Assembly (NCBI GenBank): GCA_016932575.1
Contig: JAFGCO010000006.1
Coordinates: 16,238 to 80,237, forward strand
DNA: 64,000 nt
Direction of reading: 5' to 3'
DNA from: a bacterium
Lineage (GTDB): Bacteria > Zhuqueibacterota > QNDG01 > JAFGCO01
A model generated the notes under the pieces. The model saw nothing but the letters and a program-made list of their open reading frames with translations, was not told the origin of the DNA and did not search any database. The first letter of the stretch is position 1. Every line of letters begins with the position of its first letter. Of this stretch, positions 1-10,959 are shown piece by piece. A program made the translations under genes and the position numbers.

Positions 1-1
1 T

Positions 2-1648
2 GCATTTCGATATCAAAATGACCGGTGCTATTATTTTTTCGGCGTAAAAGACAACAAGGTTATGTTGAAAAAAGTTCAGCATGGCATTGGATTTCATCAA
101 CCTTTTGAGGCAATATTGGCCCAGGATATATACAATTGGAAAATCGGGGAAACCCTTCTTGCGGATATCAAGGTGGATGGGACCAGTATTCAGGCTCGGA
201 TCAATGAAAAAATCGTGCTTCAAGCCGTCGATTCCACATTTCGAACCGGAAAGATCGGTTTCCTCTCGGATGTACCGGCCCGTTTTACACACGTGCTTGT
301 CACCGCACCGCCGTCTGATTATAAAGAATATAAACGGAATCGGATGCTTATGCAGTCCGAAGAAACGCGTCTTCAGAATGAGAATCCCAAACCTGTGATC
401 TGGAAGAAAATCAGCACCGAAGGATTTGGTGTGGGACGGAATCTTCGTTTTGGTGACATGGATGGTGACGGAGTAATGGATGTGCTGATTGGTCAGGTGA
501 ACCATCATGGTCCCAAAGACCGGAACAGCGAACTCAGCTGTTTAACGGCCATGACATTTGACGGCCGCCAGCTTTGGCAAATTGGCCAGCCCGATCCATG
601 GAAAGACTATCTGACCAATGATGTGGCTTTTCAAATTCATGATCTGGACCGAGATGGACAGAATGAGGTCATATATTGTAAAAATTTTAAACTGATCGTC
701 GCAGACGGGGCAACCGGTCAAATCGAAAAGAAAATATTCACACCTGAAACTCCCGGCGGCAAACCATATCGTTCGGTCTACAACATTTTTCCTCATATTC
801 TGGGTGACTGTCTTTATTTATGTGATCTTCGTGGTGTGGGATATGACAGTGATATTATTTTCAAAGACCGCTACAGATATCTTTGGGCCTATAATGACCA
901 GCTGGAATTGCTCTGGAATGCGGAATGCAACACCGGACATTATCCGTATGCTGTGGATATGGATGGAGACGGCCGTGACGAACTGATGATGGGATACACA
1001 TTGTTTGATGACAATGGTGAGAAGTTGTGGTCACTGGATGACACACTTCAGGATCATGCGGATGGCGTGGCGATTTTGTCCTTCCGGCCCGGCGCGGATT
1101 TGAGACTGCTTTGTGCAGCGAGTGATGAGGGCCTGTTTTTTACAGATAAGAACGGACGAATTCTTAAGCATTATTATATAGGACATGTGCAAAATCCGGC
1201 GATCGCAAATTTCAGAGATGACCTCCCGGGATTAGAGGTTGTGACGATTAATTTTTGGAGGAACCAGGGAATCATTCATTTTTTTGATGCGGATGGAAAT
1301 CTATATCACAGTTTTGAGCCCAATCAATACGGCAGTATGTGTCTGCCGGTCAACTGGACCGGTCGTACAGAGGAGTTTTTTATTCACAATGCGAATATCG
1401 ATGAAGGCGGGATGTATGACGGGTGGGGCCGTAAAGTGGTCGTGTTTCCTGATGATGGTCATCCGGACATGTGCAATGCGGTTGTGGATATCATCGGAGA
1501 TTGCCGGGATGAAGTGATCGTATGGGATCCCCATGAAATCTGGGTATACACACAGGACGACAATCCCAAACCTCAGAAACTCTATGATCCATTAAAAAAT
1601 CCCCTGTATAATGAATCTAACTACAAAGCCTCGGTGTCTATACCATAA
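2..1648 (+). CDS. Rhamnogalacturonan lyase (PL11)-like / FG-GAP beta-propeller protein, 5' end outside window
   Basis: Frame is open from base 2 (AFRYQNDRCYYFFGVKDNKV-MLKK). Repeated DxDGDGxDE Ca-binding loops (GDMDGDGVMD, DLDRDGQNE, DMDGDGRDE, DIIGDCRDE) plus GH/HADG/GHVQ motifs as in PL11-like propellers. Confidence 0.6.
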   Translation, partial: AFRYQNDRCYYFFGVKDNKVMLKKVQHGIGFHQPFEAILAQDIYNWKIGETLLADIKVDGTSIQARINEKIVLQAVDSTFRTGKIGFLSDVPARFTHVLVTAPPSDYKEYKRNRMLMQSEETRLQNENPKPVIWKKISTEGFGVGRNLRFGDMDGDGVMDVLIGQVNHHGPKDRNSELSCLTAMTFDGRQLWQIGQPDPWKDYLTNDVAFQIHDLDRDGQNEVIYCKNFKLIVADGATGQIEKKIFTPETPGGKPYRSVYNIFPHILGDCLYLCDLRGVGYDSDIIFKDRYRYLWAYNDQLELLWNAECNTGHYPYAVDMDGDGRDELMMGYTLFDDNGEKLWSLDDTLQDHADGVAILSFRPGADLRLLCAASDEGLFFTDKNGRILKHYYIGHVQNPAIANFRDDLPGLEVVTINFWRNQGIIHFFDADGNLYHSFEPNQYGSMCLPVNWTGRTEEFFIHNANIDEGGMYDGWGRKVVVFPDDGHPDMCNAVVDIIGDCRDEVIVWDPHEIWVYTQDDNPKPQKLYDPLKNPLYNESNYKASVSIP

Positions 1649-1794
1649 TCTGGTTGGACAAGTAAAAAAGAACAAGGACAGACAGAATGACAGGGATTGA
1701 TTTTGTGGATTTTACACGGTTTTAGTTAAAAAGCACTGTCTCGGGAATCCTTCGTATTGTCTGATATCATTACCTGAAATATGGAGTATTCATC

Positions 1795-2490
1795 ATGAGA
1801 ACGATAGGATTAATTGGTGGTACAGGTTGGGCCTCAAGTATGGAATATTATCGTTATGTCAACGAATTCACCAATCGGCGATTGGGAGGTCACCAATTTT
1901 CAAAATGCGTTCTGTACTCTCTCAATTTTCATGATGTGGTCAAATTAAAACAACAGGGTAAATCAGTTTTTCCTCTGTTGCTGGACGCTGCAGAAAAACT
2001 GGCTGCTGCTGGCGCGGATTGTCTGCTGATTTGCGCCAATACCATGCATCAGTATGCAGACGAATTGCAAAAGAAGCTGTCATTGCCGATACTTCATATC
2101 GCTGAGGAGACAGCAAAAGTCATCTTTGAGCAGCAATTGTCCAGGGTAGGCCTGATTGGAAGCCAACCGACTATGGAAATGGATTTTTTCATTTCTAAAT
2201 TACATGCACATCATATTGCCTGCGTTGTGCCCGGAGCATCGGACCGCATTGCCTTAAACGCGATTGTCATGGATGAGCTCGCCAGGGGCGTTTTCACAGA
2301 AGCAAGCAGAAAAAAAACGATGAATATTGTAAATAAAATGAACCAACAGTCCATTCAGGGCCTGATATTGGGATGTACCGAATTTCCCCTGTTGCTTCGA
2401 AAAGCACCATTCTCATATCCGATATTCAACACAACAGAAATTCACGCCATGGCCGCAGTTGATTTTGCGCTGAGCAGTACGGATTTTTAG
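1795..2490 (+). CDS. Aspartate/glutamate racemase family protein (YgeA/RacX-like)
   Basis: IGLIGGTGW N-terminus; both catalytic Cys motifs CANT and GCTE present; GGAG SD. Confidence 0.9.
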   Translation: MRTIGLIGGTGWASSMEYYRYVNEFTNRRLGGHQFSKCVLYSLNFHDVVKLKQQGKSVFPLLLDAAEKLAAAGADCLLICANTMHQYADELQKKLSLPILHIAEETAKVIFEQQLSRVGLIGSQPTMEMDFFISKLHAHHIACVVPGASDRIALNAIVMDELARGVFTEASRKKTMNIVNKMNQQSIQGLILGCTEFPLLLRKAPFSYPIFNTTEIHAMAAVDFALSSTDF

Positions 2491-2519
2491 TTGACATTTT
2501 CATTATATTTTTCTAACAT
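2491..2519 (+). promoter_or_regulatory. Sigma-70-like promoter upstream of PAS histidine kinase
   Basis: TTGACA (2491-2496), 17-bp spacer, TAACAT (2514-2519). Confidence 0.55.
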
Positions 2520-2640
2520 TTATAAAATAATATAGTCGTCCGATTGATCTTCGTATCAATTTCTGCAGGATTTTTTATTTCTTTAAATCCGATTTCTTTC
2601 GGTCGATGATCCAATCGGAAGTTTTCAGGATATTTTCATC

Positions 2641-3822
2641 ATGCCGAAAAAATTACCAAAATCAGGAATTGACGGTCTTTTATATGTATTAAAAAAGGCA
2701 AGTAAGGGGGATTATAAAGTCCGTGCCAGTTTGTCCGATAACATGTCAGATCTAAAGTCTCTTGCTGAAGGGATTAATCATTTTCTCGAACATGTCGGTC
2801 AGACCTTCAGGAAACACGAGGAGGCGGAAGAGGCTCTGCGGCAGAGTGAAGAACGTTTTCGCAGGATGTTTGAAGATTCAACACTTGGGATTTATCGAAC
2901 CACACCAAGCGGAAAAATTATACTGGTGAATCAGGCGGCTCTTCGTATGCTCGGATATCGTTCATTTGAGGAGCTTGCAAAGCGGAATCTTGAAGAAACC
3001 GGATTTGAACCGAGTTATCCCAGAGATGAGTTTAAGAGGCGTCTTGAGGAGGAGGGGGTGATTATAGGTCTTGAAAGCGCGTGGCTTAGGAAAGACGGTT
3101 CTACGATCTATGTCCGGGAAAGTGCCCGTGCGGTTCGAGACACAAAAGGAAATGTCATCTTTTATGACGGCACGTTTGAGGATATCACCGAGCGCAAAAA
3201 AACAGAAAAGCGTGTTGAGAAAGAATTAAAAGAAAAGGTATTGCTGCTGAAAGAGGTGCATCATCGTGTGAAAAATAATCTGCAGATCATCTGCAGCCTG
3301 CTTAATTTGCAATCGTACAAGGTTCAGGATCCCGAAGCAAAAATTGCGTTTCAATACAGTAAAAGCCGCATCTACTCTATGGCTCTTGTACATGAACAGC
3401 TCTATAAGTCCGACGATTTCTCGAATATTCAGATAAAACCGTACATCGAGCAACTGGTTCAGGAAGTGGGAAGAGCGTATCGTATTTCTTCAAGTATTCG
3501 AATTAGCCATGATATTGAAGAGATTACATTGGGCATTGACAAGGCGATTCCCTGCGGGCTAATCTTAAATGAGCTCATCACAAATGCCGTTAAGCATGCA
3601 TTTCCGGAAAAGACCCGGGGAAAGATTAATATTATTTTTAAAAAAAAGCAAGACACCTTTGAAATTACAATCGGGGACAATGGCATTGGGCTGCCGGATA
3701 CGTTTGATTTTAGTAATATCAGGTCGATGGGGCTGCATATGGTCAAGGTGCTGGTCAGACAATTGAATGGGGAACTGACTTTAACAGGAAAGCCGGGGAC
3801 TGAGTTTGTTATCCGGTTTTAG
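2641..3822 (+). CDS. Cytoplasmic PAS-domain sensor histidine kinase (HisKA_2 type), orphan
   Basis: PAS/PAC (RKDGSTIYVRES...DITERK), H-box KEVHHRVKNNLQ, N-box NELITNAVKHAF, G1 DNGIG; no TM segment seen. Confidence 0.9.
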   Translation: MPKKLPKSGIDGLLYVLKKASKGDYKVRASLSDNMSDLKSLAEGINHFLEHVGQTFRKHEEAEEALRQSEERFRRMFEDSTLGIYRTTPSGKIILVNQAALRMLGYRSFEELAKRNLEETGFEPSYPRDEFKRRLEEEGVIIGLESAWLRKDGSTIYVRESARAVRDTKGNVIFYDGTFEDITERKKTEKRVEKELKEKVLLLKEVHHRVKNNLQIICSLLNLQSYKVQDPEAKIAFQYSKSRIYSMALVHEQLYKSDDFSNIQIKPYIEQLVQEVGRAYRISSSIRISHDIEEITLGIDKAIPCGLILNELITNAVKHAFPEKTRGKINIIFKKKQDTFEITIGDNGIGLPDTFDFSNIRSMGLHMVKVLVRQLNGELTLTGKPGTEFVIRF

Positions 3823-3893
3823 TCAGGCTCAGCCATCAATCGACCATGGATGAGGACAGGATACTTTTTTGACACTTTATCAATGGATTTATA

Positions 3894-3922
3894 TTGACAT
3901 TGCGTTTCGGTTTTTGTAAGTT
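3894..3922 (+). promoter_or_regulatory. Sigma-70-like promoter upstream of pfk
   Basis: TTGACA (3894-3899), 17-bp spacer, TAAGTT (3917-3922). Confidence 0.5.
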
Positions 3923-3979
3923 TTTAATTCAAAATTTTAAGATTTTCGTCATAATTATCACCGTTAACAGGAGTGAAAC

Positions 3980-5239
3980 ATGAAGATTATTCAGGGCAAT
4001 GCAGTGGTTTTTACCCAGGGCGGTCCCACAGCCGTAATCAATGCATCCTGGGTGGGTGTGGTTTTGGAATTGATCAATGTCCCGGAGATTACAGGTGTTT
4101 ACGGCAGTCTCAACGGCATTGACGGTGTTTTGAATGAGAATTTTGTGGATTTACGCGCCCAGGGAGAAGAACGGCTGATTGCTGTTTCAAGGACGCCGGC
4201 CACGGCATTGCTTTCCACACGGCATAAACCCAAGGATGAAGAAAACAGAAAAATGCTTGAAGTATTTAAAAAATACAACATTCGATATGTGTTTGGCGCC
4301 GGAGGCAATGACACGTCCGAATCATTGGATATTATCAATGATGCAGCAAAAGATCAGGGATACGAGTTGAGGTTATTTCATGTGGCGAAAACTGTAGACA
4401 ATGATTTAATGGAAAACGATCATACTCCCGGATATGCATCTGCTGCCAGGTATGTAGCCAATGCTTTTCGGGGTGTTGATATGGATAATCAGTGTTTCGG
4501 CGGATTGTATCTCGGGGTATGCATGGGCCGGCATGCCGGCTTTTTGACAGCAGCCTCCGCTTTGGGCCGGACCACACCGGAATCGGGCCCGCATCTTGTT
4601 TATGTACCGGAAAGGGCTTTTAACATCGATCAATTTTGTCAGGATGTGGAAACTGTTTATCATAAATATGGTCGTTGCGTCGTGGCCGTTTCTGAAGGCG
4701 TGGAGGATAAGAATGGTGTGCCGATTCTGCAATTGTTGTCCGAAGGAAAACTGGATGCAGACAGTCATGGCAATGTTCAGCTCTCCGGAACCGGTGCTCT
4801 GGCCGACGCTCTGATTGATAAAGTAAAAAATTATTTGACGGACCGCCTGAATGCCCATTCAAAAGAAAAAGGTGTGTCCAAGAAGCTGCGTGCACGGGGT
4901 GACACACTGGGATATATTCAGCGTTCTTTTCCCGATCAGAGTCCGGTCGATTATGAGGAAACTCTAAGCCTGGGAAAATTTGCGGCCAGAATGGCAATGG
5001 AAGGGAATATTGACGGATCTGTGGCCATTCAGCGCATTTCCGATTCGCCATATCAATCTGAATTCAAGCTGGTTCCTCTGAAGGCAGTGGCCGGCAAAAC
5101 CCGGCATCTGCCGGATGGCCATATCAATGCCGAAGGCAACAACGTCACAGAAGCGTTCATTCGATGGGGAAAGCCATTGATCGGAGAATTGAATCCGTTC
5201 GGACTTCTGGATACAACAAAGATGGTGATTAAAAAGTAG
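3980..5239 (+). CDS. pfp: 6-phosphofructokinase, probably PPi-dependent
   Basis: TQGGPTAVIN, GGNDT (Asp at the donor-specificity position), KTVDND (Lys), MGRHAG motifs. Confidence 0.8.
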   Translation: MKIIQGNAVVFTQGGPTAVINASWVGVVLELINVPEITGVYGSLNGIDGVLNENFVDLRAQGEERLIAVSRTPATALLSTRHKPKDEENRKMLEVFKKYNIRYVFGAGGNDTSESLDIINDAAKDQGYELRLFHVAKTVDNDLMENDHTPGYASAARYVANAFRGVDMDNQCFGGLYLGVCMGRHAGFLTAASALGRTTPESGPHLVYVPERAFNIDQFCQDVETVYHKYGRCVVAVSEGVEDKNGVPILQLLSEGKLDADSHGNVQLSGTGALADALIDKVKNYLTDRLNAHSKEKGVSKKLRARGDTLGYIQRSFPDQSPVDYEETLSLGKFAARMAMEGNIDGSVAIQRISDSPYQSEFKLVPLKAVAGKTRHLPDGHINAEGNNVTEAFIRWGKPLIGELNPFGLLDTTKMVIKK

Positions 5240-5377
5240 CATCTGGATTCATAACCGTCTGTGGCTACTGCAGGCGGTATCAATAGAATCCTGTTGGATC
5301 CATGCTTAAGAGATGAATTTATAAGGCCGTAGAGACTTTATATTTTCGGCAAATTGTAAACCGGCAGATAATTATTA

Positions 5378-6094
5378 ATGATCACTCAATTTCTGCATCA
5401 GCTGATCGATCCGGTTCTGGATTTCATCTATCCGCCTGTCTGCCCGGTCTGCGGGGAGATGATGGAAACCTATGTCCCGGTTTGTCATGGTTGTCAGTTA
5501 TTAATGAAAAATCAGATAAATATCCGTCATCATCAATCGGGGGATTTTAATCATTTGGACGGGCCCTTCTTTTTGAATGATGTGATCACGTTTTGGCAGT
5601 ATTCACCGAAAATCGAGACATGCATCCATCTGGTGAAATATCAATCGCGAAAAAAGCTGGGTGATTTCATTGTCCGGATGCTGAATGAGTCGATTCAAAG
5701 TCTGCATCTTCCGTACCCGGATACAATTATGCCGGTTCCGCTGCATCCGCGCCGTTTCCGTGAACGGGGGTATAATCAAAGTCAAATTTATGCCGGGGCG
5801 ATCAGCCGGATAACCGGCATTGAATTGAACAATCGGCTGCTGAAACGCATCCGGTATACACAGACACAAACCCGGTTGTCCGCTGAGGCACGGCAGGCCA
5901 ATGTCAGGGACGCTTTTACCATCAAGCGTTTTTCGCATATGCAGAACAGGGCAGTCTGGCTGATCGATGATGTGATTACCAGCGGAGCGACAATCAACAG
6001 CTGTGCAAAGGCCTGCAGAGATGCAGGAGCAAGCTCTGTGATAGGAATCGGACTGTCAAGACCGCAATTGTATGACCCCGCAATATCTCCCTGA
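5378..6094 (+). CDS. comF: ComF family protein (Zn ribbon + PRTase)
   Basis: CPVC...CHGC, PVPLH..R..ERGYNQ, LIDDVITSGAT. Confidence 0.9.
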   Translation: MITQFLHQLIDPVLDFIYPPVCPVCGEMMETYVPVCHGCQLLMKNQINIRHHQSGDFNHLDGPFFLNDVITFWQYSPKIETCIHLVKYQSRKKLGDFIVRMLNESIQSLHLPYPDTIMPVPLHPRRFRERGYNQSQIYAGAISRITGIELNNRLLKRIRYTQTQTRLSAEARQANVRDAFTIKRFSHMQNRAVWLIDDVITSGATINSCAKACRDAGASSVIGIGLSRPQLYDPAISP

Positions 6095-6100
6095 TTCTGC

Positions 6101-6129
6101 TTGACATTTGAAAAAAATTTATTTATAAT
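6101..6129 (+). promoter_or_regulatory. Perfect-consensus sigma-70 promoter of the gap-pgk-tpiA-secG operon
   Basis: TTGACA (6101-6106), exactly 17 bp, TATAAT (6124-6129). Confidence 0.85.
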
Positions 6130-6223
6130 TAACGACCAACGCTCGAATGACAGCGTCGGGGAATCGTGCGTTTTGAACCCTTTGTCAGGGTTGAATATTG
6201 TACTCATACAGGAAATACTCTAG

Positions 6224-7243
<1,020 letters not shown>

Positions 7244-7257
7244 AGGGATCCGTGATA

Positions 7258-8520
7258 ATGAGAAAGAAAACAGTCAAAGATGTGGATTTGCATGGTAAAC
7301 GCGTGTTAATGCGGGTGGATTTTAATGTTCCTATGGATAAAGGCATTGTACAGGATGATACTCGCATTCAGGCTGCTCTACCTACGATTCGATATGTACT
7401 TGATCAGGGTGCAAAAACACTGGTTTTGATGTCACATCTCGGTGATCCTGCAAAAGACACGAAAAAGGCCAGAGAGAAAGCTGAAAAATCCGGACAGCAT
7501 TTTGATGAGGCTATATATATTGAAGGCAAACATAAAATGGCGCCCGTGGCAGCATATCTTGAAAAATTACTGAACCGGCCTGTGAAACTGGCGCCTGATT
7601 GCATCAGTGAAGAGACACAGACGATGGTCTCGTCTCTTCAGGACGGCGACATTTTAATGCTTGAGAATACCCGTTTTCATAAAGAAGAAAAATCCAAAGA
7701 TGAAGCAGAGCGGGAATCGATGGCCAGGGTGCTTGCAACCTACGGGGATATCTATGTCAATGATGCTTTCGGAACCGCACATCGTGCACATGCATCCACA
7801 GAAACAGTCGCCCGGTTTCTTCCTGCGGTAGCGGGATTTCTCATGGAAAGAGAACTGGAATTTCTGGAAGATAAAGTCGTAAAAAATCCTAAAAAGCCGT
7901 TTGTCGCCATTATTGGCGGAGCAAAAGTATCCTCTAAAATATCTGTTCTCGAGAGTTTATTGTCCAGAGTGGATCAAATAATTATTGGTGGCGGGATGGC
8001 CTACACATTTTTAAAAGCCAAAGGAATTTCAGTGGGTAATTCATTGGTGGAAGATGATATGATCGATATGGCGAGGTCAGTTTTAAAAAAAGCTTATGAA
8101 ACCAATGTGTATATCTATTTACCGATTGATCATATTGTGACTCAAGAATTTTCTCCCGATGCCGAGGCCAAACATGTAGCACGCAATACCATTGATGAAG
8201 GATGGATGGGCATGGATATTGGTCCTCTGACCATTGAGAAATTCAGGGGTGCCCTGAAAAATGCCCGAACCATTTTTTGGAATGGCCCGATGGGTGTTTT
8301 TGAATTTGATAATTTCGCTAAAGGAACCAATGCCATTGCCGCCACTTTAGCAGAATTGGAAGACGCCATCAAGGTCATTGGCGGCGGCGATTCTGTTTCT
8401 GCTGTAAAAAAGGCCGGTGTTGCTGATAAAATGTCGCACATCTCCACGGGAGGCGGTGCTTCTCTGGAACTTGTGGAAGGCAAAACACTGCCGGGCATTG
8501 CTGCCTTAAATGATGCTTAG
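7258..8520 (+). CDS. pgk: Phosphoglycerate kinase
   Basis: RVDFNVP, NDAFGTAHRAHAS, GGAKVSSKI, STGGGAS. Start moved to ATG 7258 (MRKKTVKD) just after the gap stop. Confidence 0.97.
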   Translation: MRKKTVKDVDLHGKRVLMRVDFNVPMDKGIVQDDTRIQAALPTIRYVLDQGAKTLVLMSHLGDPAKDTKKAREKAEKSGQHFDEAIYIEGKHKMAPVAAYLEKLLNRPVKLAPDCISEETQTMVSSLQDGDILMLENTRFHKEEKSKDEAERESMARVLATYGDIYVNDAFGTAHRAHASTETVARFLPAVAGFLMERELEFLEDKVVKNPKKPFVAIIGGAKVSSKISVLESLLSRVDQIIIGGGMAYTFLKAKGISVGNSLVEDDMIDMARSVLKKAYETNVYIYLPIDHIVTQEFSPDAEAKHVARNTIDEGWMGMDIGPLTIEKFRGALKNARTIFWNGPMGVFEFDNFAKGTNAIAATLAELEDAIKVIGGGDSVSAVKKAGVADKMSHISTGGGASLELVEGKTLPGIAALNDA

Positions 8521-8530
8521 GAGTTGAACC

Positions 8531-9286
8531 ATGCGTAAATTGTTTATTGCGGGCAACTGGAAAATGAACACAAATACAGATGAAGCTGTATCTCTGCTGA
8601 ATGAACTTATACCATTGGTATCTGATGTTCAGGATATGGATATAGCAGTTTGTCCGCCTTTTGTCTATTTGCATAAAGCTGTGTATTTAACCCGGAACAG
8701 CAATATTCGTGTGGGTGCGCAAAATTGCCATTTTGAATCCAAAGGCGCGTTTACCGGAGAAGTCGCTCCGGAAATGCTGAAGGATATCGGATGCACTTAT
8801 GTGATTATTGGTCATTCGGAACGACGACATATTTTTGGTGAAACCGATGATGTGATTCATTCGAAAGTGAAGAAAGCCCTGGATGCGGAGCTGAAAGTAA
8901 TTCTCTGCGTGGGTGAATTACTGGAAGAGCGGGAAGCCGGAAAAACAGAGATCGTTGTTGAAACCCAGCTTATCGGTGGGTTAAAGGATTTGTCTTCTGA
9001 AGATTTGGACAGGATAACCATCGCATATGAGCCGGTTTGGGCCATTGGCACGGGTAAGACGGCCAGTCCTGATCAGGCCCAGGAGGTCCATGCATTTATT
9101 CGCAGCTGGCTCAAGAATCAATATAATGAAAACGTGTCCGGCAATTGCCAGATTCAATACGGCGGCAGTGTAAAGCCGGAAAATGCCAGAACATTGCTGG
9201 AGCAGCCGGATATCGATGGCGCTTTGGTTGGCGGGGCGAGTTTAAAGGCTGCCAGTTTTGCGGCAATTGTCAAGGCAGCTCGATAA
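8531..9286 (+). CDS. tpiA: Triosephosphate isomerase
   Basis: AGNWKMN, GHSERR, AYEPVWAIGTG, LVGGASL. Confidence 0.98.
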   Translation: MRKLFIAGNWKMNTNTDEAVSLLNELIPLVSDVQDMDIAVCPPFVYLHKAVYLTRNSNIRVGAQNCHFESKGAFTGEVAPEMLKDIGCTYVIIGHSERRHIFGETDDVIHSKVKKALDAELKVILCVGELLEEREAGKTEIVVETQLIGGLKDLSSEDLDRITIAYEPVWAIGTGKTASPDQAQEVHAFIRSWLKNQYNENVSGNCQIQYGGSVKPENARTLLEQPDIDGALVGGASLKAASFAAIVKAAR

Positions 9287-9301
9287 TTTGAGGGTTCACT
9301 T

Positions 9302-9661
9302 ATGATTGCTTTTTTATCAGTTATTCATGCTCTGGTTTCGATATTATTGGTTGTGAGTATTTTACTGCAATCCAGCCGTGGAGGCGGATTGGCAGGCATG
9401 TTCGGTGGAGGTGGTGGTATTGGGGGTGTATTTGGCGGTCGCGGCGCTGCTTCGTTTTTATCCAAAGTGACCATGTGGCTGGCTATCGGTTTTGCGACTA
9501 CTTCGCTTACAATCGGTTTTCTGTCATCGGGCCGAAGAACCCAGGAGAAGACAGCGGTGCAGGAAATTCTGGATCAGGAAGCCGCTCCAACGGATATTCT
9601 GCCAGCCATTCCAGGCGCTTCTGGAACCGGAGAGGAAGCAGTTCCACAGGAAACCGAATAG
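9302..9661 (+). CDS. secG: Preprotein translocase subunit SecG
   Basis: Two TM helices around a Gly-rich loop (LLQSSRGGGLAGMFGG); conserved tpiA-secG-tRNA-Leu order. Confidence 0.92.
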   Translation: MIAFLSVIHALVSILLVVSILLQSSRGGGLAGMFGGGGGIGGVFGGRGAASFLSKVTMWLAIGFATTSLTIGFLSSGRRTQEKTAVQEILDQEAAPTDILPAIPGASGTGEEAVPQETE

Positions 9662-9707
9662 GAAATCATTCGTTTAAACAATGTTGTCTTTTGGCAGGCG
9701 ACATTTT

Positions 9708-9791
9708 GCCGAAGTGGTGGAAGTGGTAGACACGCTGTCTTGAGGGGGCAGTGGGAGAAATCCTGTGGGGGTTCGAATCCCCCCTTCGGCA
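9708..9791 (+). tRNA. tRNA-Leu (anticodon GAG), CCA not encoded
   Basis: Acceptor stem GCCGAAG/CTTCGGC+A; anticodon arm CTGTC-TTGAGGG-GGCAG; long variable arm; T arm GGGGG-TTCGAAT-CCCCC. Confidence 0.95.
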
Positions 9792-9829
9792 CGTGTTATT
9801 AAATTATAAGTCACAAGCAGGAGGTTTTT

Positions 9830-10858
9830 ATGAGGTTTTTCAGCCGAGAGACTGTTTGTTTGATGATCATTGTCTTTGCTATCAGTACGATTGCGATTTT
9901 TGCGCAGGATTATCAGGCACAGATCGAAGCCTTGCAGAAAAAACAAAAGCAATTGGTTGCGCAAATGGAAGAAGCGAGTCAGGCCAACGACACCAATGCC
10001 TATAATGTTGCGATGGAAGAATTCGAAAAGGTAAAAGCAGAGCTGCAGCAGTTAAAAGAGAAAATTACATCGGCACAGGATCAGGAATCCCAGGCAAAAA
10101 TTGCCTTTAATAAAGGCGGCAGTTTATTACAAAAACGCCAATATGAAGAGGCAGTCGCGGAATTTGATAAAGCCATATCCATTGATTCCGATTATTACAA
10201 GGCATATTACATGAAGGGTTATGCACTGACCCGCCTGAAGAGATATTCGGATGCAACCGGTGCTTATGAAAAAGCACTGGAAATCAAACCCAACGATTCG
10301 AGGGTGATTTTTGCATTGGGGAAGCTTTATGAATCACAGGGAAAAGGCAAGCAGGCTATTACTTTATACGAAAATGCTCTGAGCGCTGATCCTAACAATG
10401 CAAAAGCTGCTTATTCCATTGGCGCTGTCTATGTGGGGTGGGACGCGTATTCGGATGCGGCTCAGGCCTTTCAAAGAGCGGTTGAAATCGATACAACCTA
10501 TGATTTGGCTTATACGGGATGGGGAACATCACTTCTTGAGTTGGGTAAGGTGAACAGCGCAATCGAAAAACTAAAAAAAGCCATTACCATTGATCCCAAT
10601 AATGGTGATTCTTATTTTCGTCTGGCCAAAGCGTACAATGCCGTCGGTAACTACAGTGATGCTTTGGAATCTGCTGAAAAAGCTATTCAGTTATCTAAAA
10701 GATCCAAGACTTCCAAAGCTGCTTCAAACATAGAAAAAGGAAACGCGCTGGAAGCGATGGGTAAAAAAACAGAAGCCCTGACTGCTTTTCAGGAAGCAGC
10801 CCAGTTGGATAGAAAATGGAAAGACTGGGTTGATCACCATATTGAGCAAATGCAATAA
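9830..10858 (+). CDS. Exported tetratricopeptide-repeat protein with N-terminal coiled coil
   Basis: Signal peptide ending AIFA-Q; multiple TPRs (A..KAI.IDP pattern). Confidence 0.85.
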   Translation: MRFFSRETVCLMIIVFAISTIAIFAQDYQAQIEALQKKQKQLVAQMEEASQANDTNAYNVAMEEFEKVKAELQQLKEKITSAQDQESQAKIAFNKGGSLLQKRQYEEAVAEFDKAISIDSDYYKAYYMKGYALTRLKRYSDATGAYEKALEIKPNDSRVIFALGKLYESQGKGKQAITLYENALSADPNNAKAAYSIGAVYVGWDAYSDAAQAFQRAVEIDTTYDLAYTGWGTSLLELGKVNSAIEKLKKAITIDPNNGDSYFRLAKAYNAVGNYSDALESAEKAIQLSKRSKTSKAASNIEKGNALEAMGKKTEALTAFQEAAQLDRKWKDWVDHHIEQMQ

Positions 10859-10892
10859 TTAATTTGTTTTATTTCTGAAATTCTGTTAAATT

Positions 10893-10925
10893 AAAGCCCG
10901 TCAGCATTTGATGGGCTTTTTTATT
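10893..10925 (+). terminator. Rho-independent terminator
   Basis: AAAGCCCGTCA-GCATT-TGATGGGCTTT stem-loop followed by T run. Confidence 0.75.
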
Positions 10926-10959
10926 ATTTTAAATCAATTAACTGGAGATCAACAATTCC

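Noticed and set aside
9708-9830. tRNA-Leu as an integration site
   Set aside because: No integrase and no duplicated tRNA 3' end seen; downstream genes look native.
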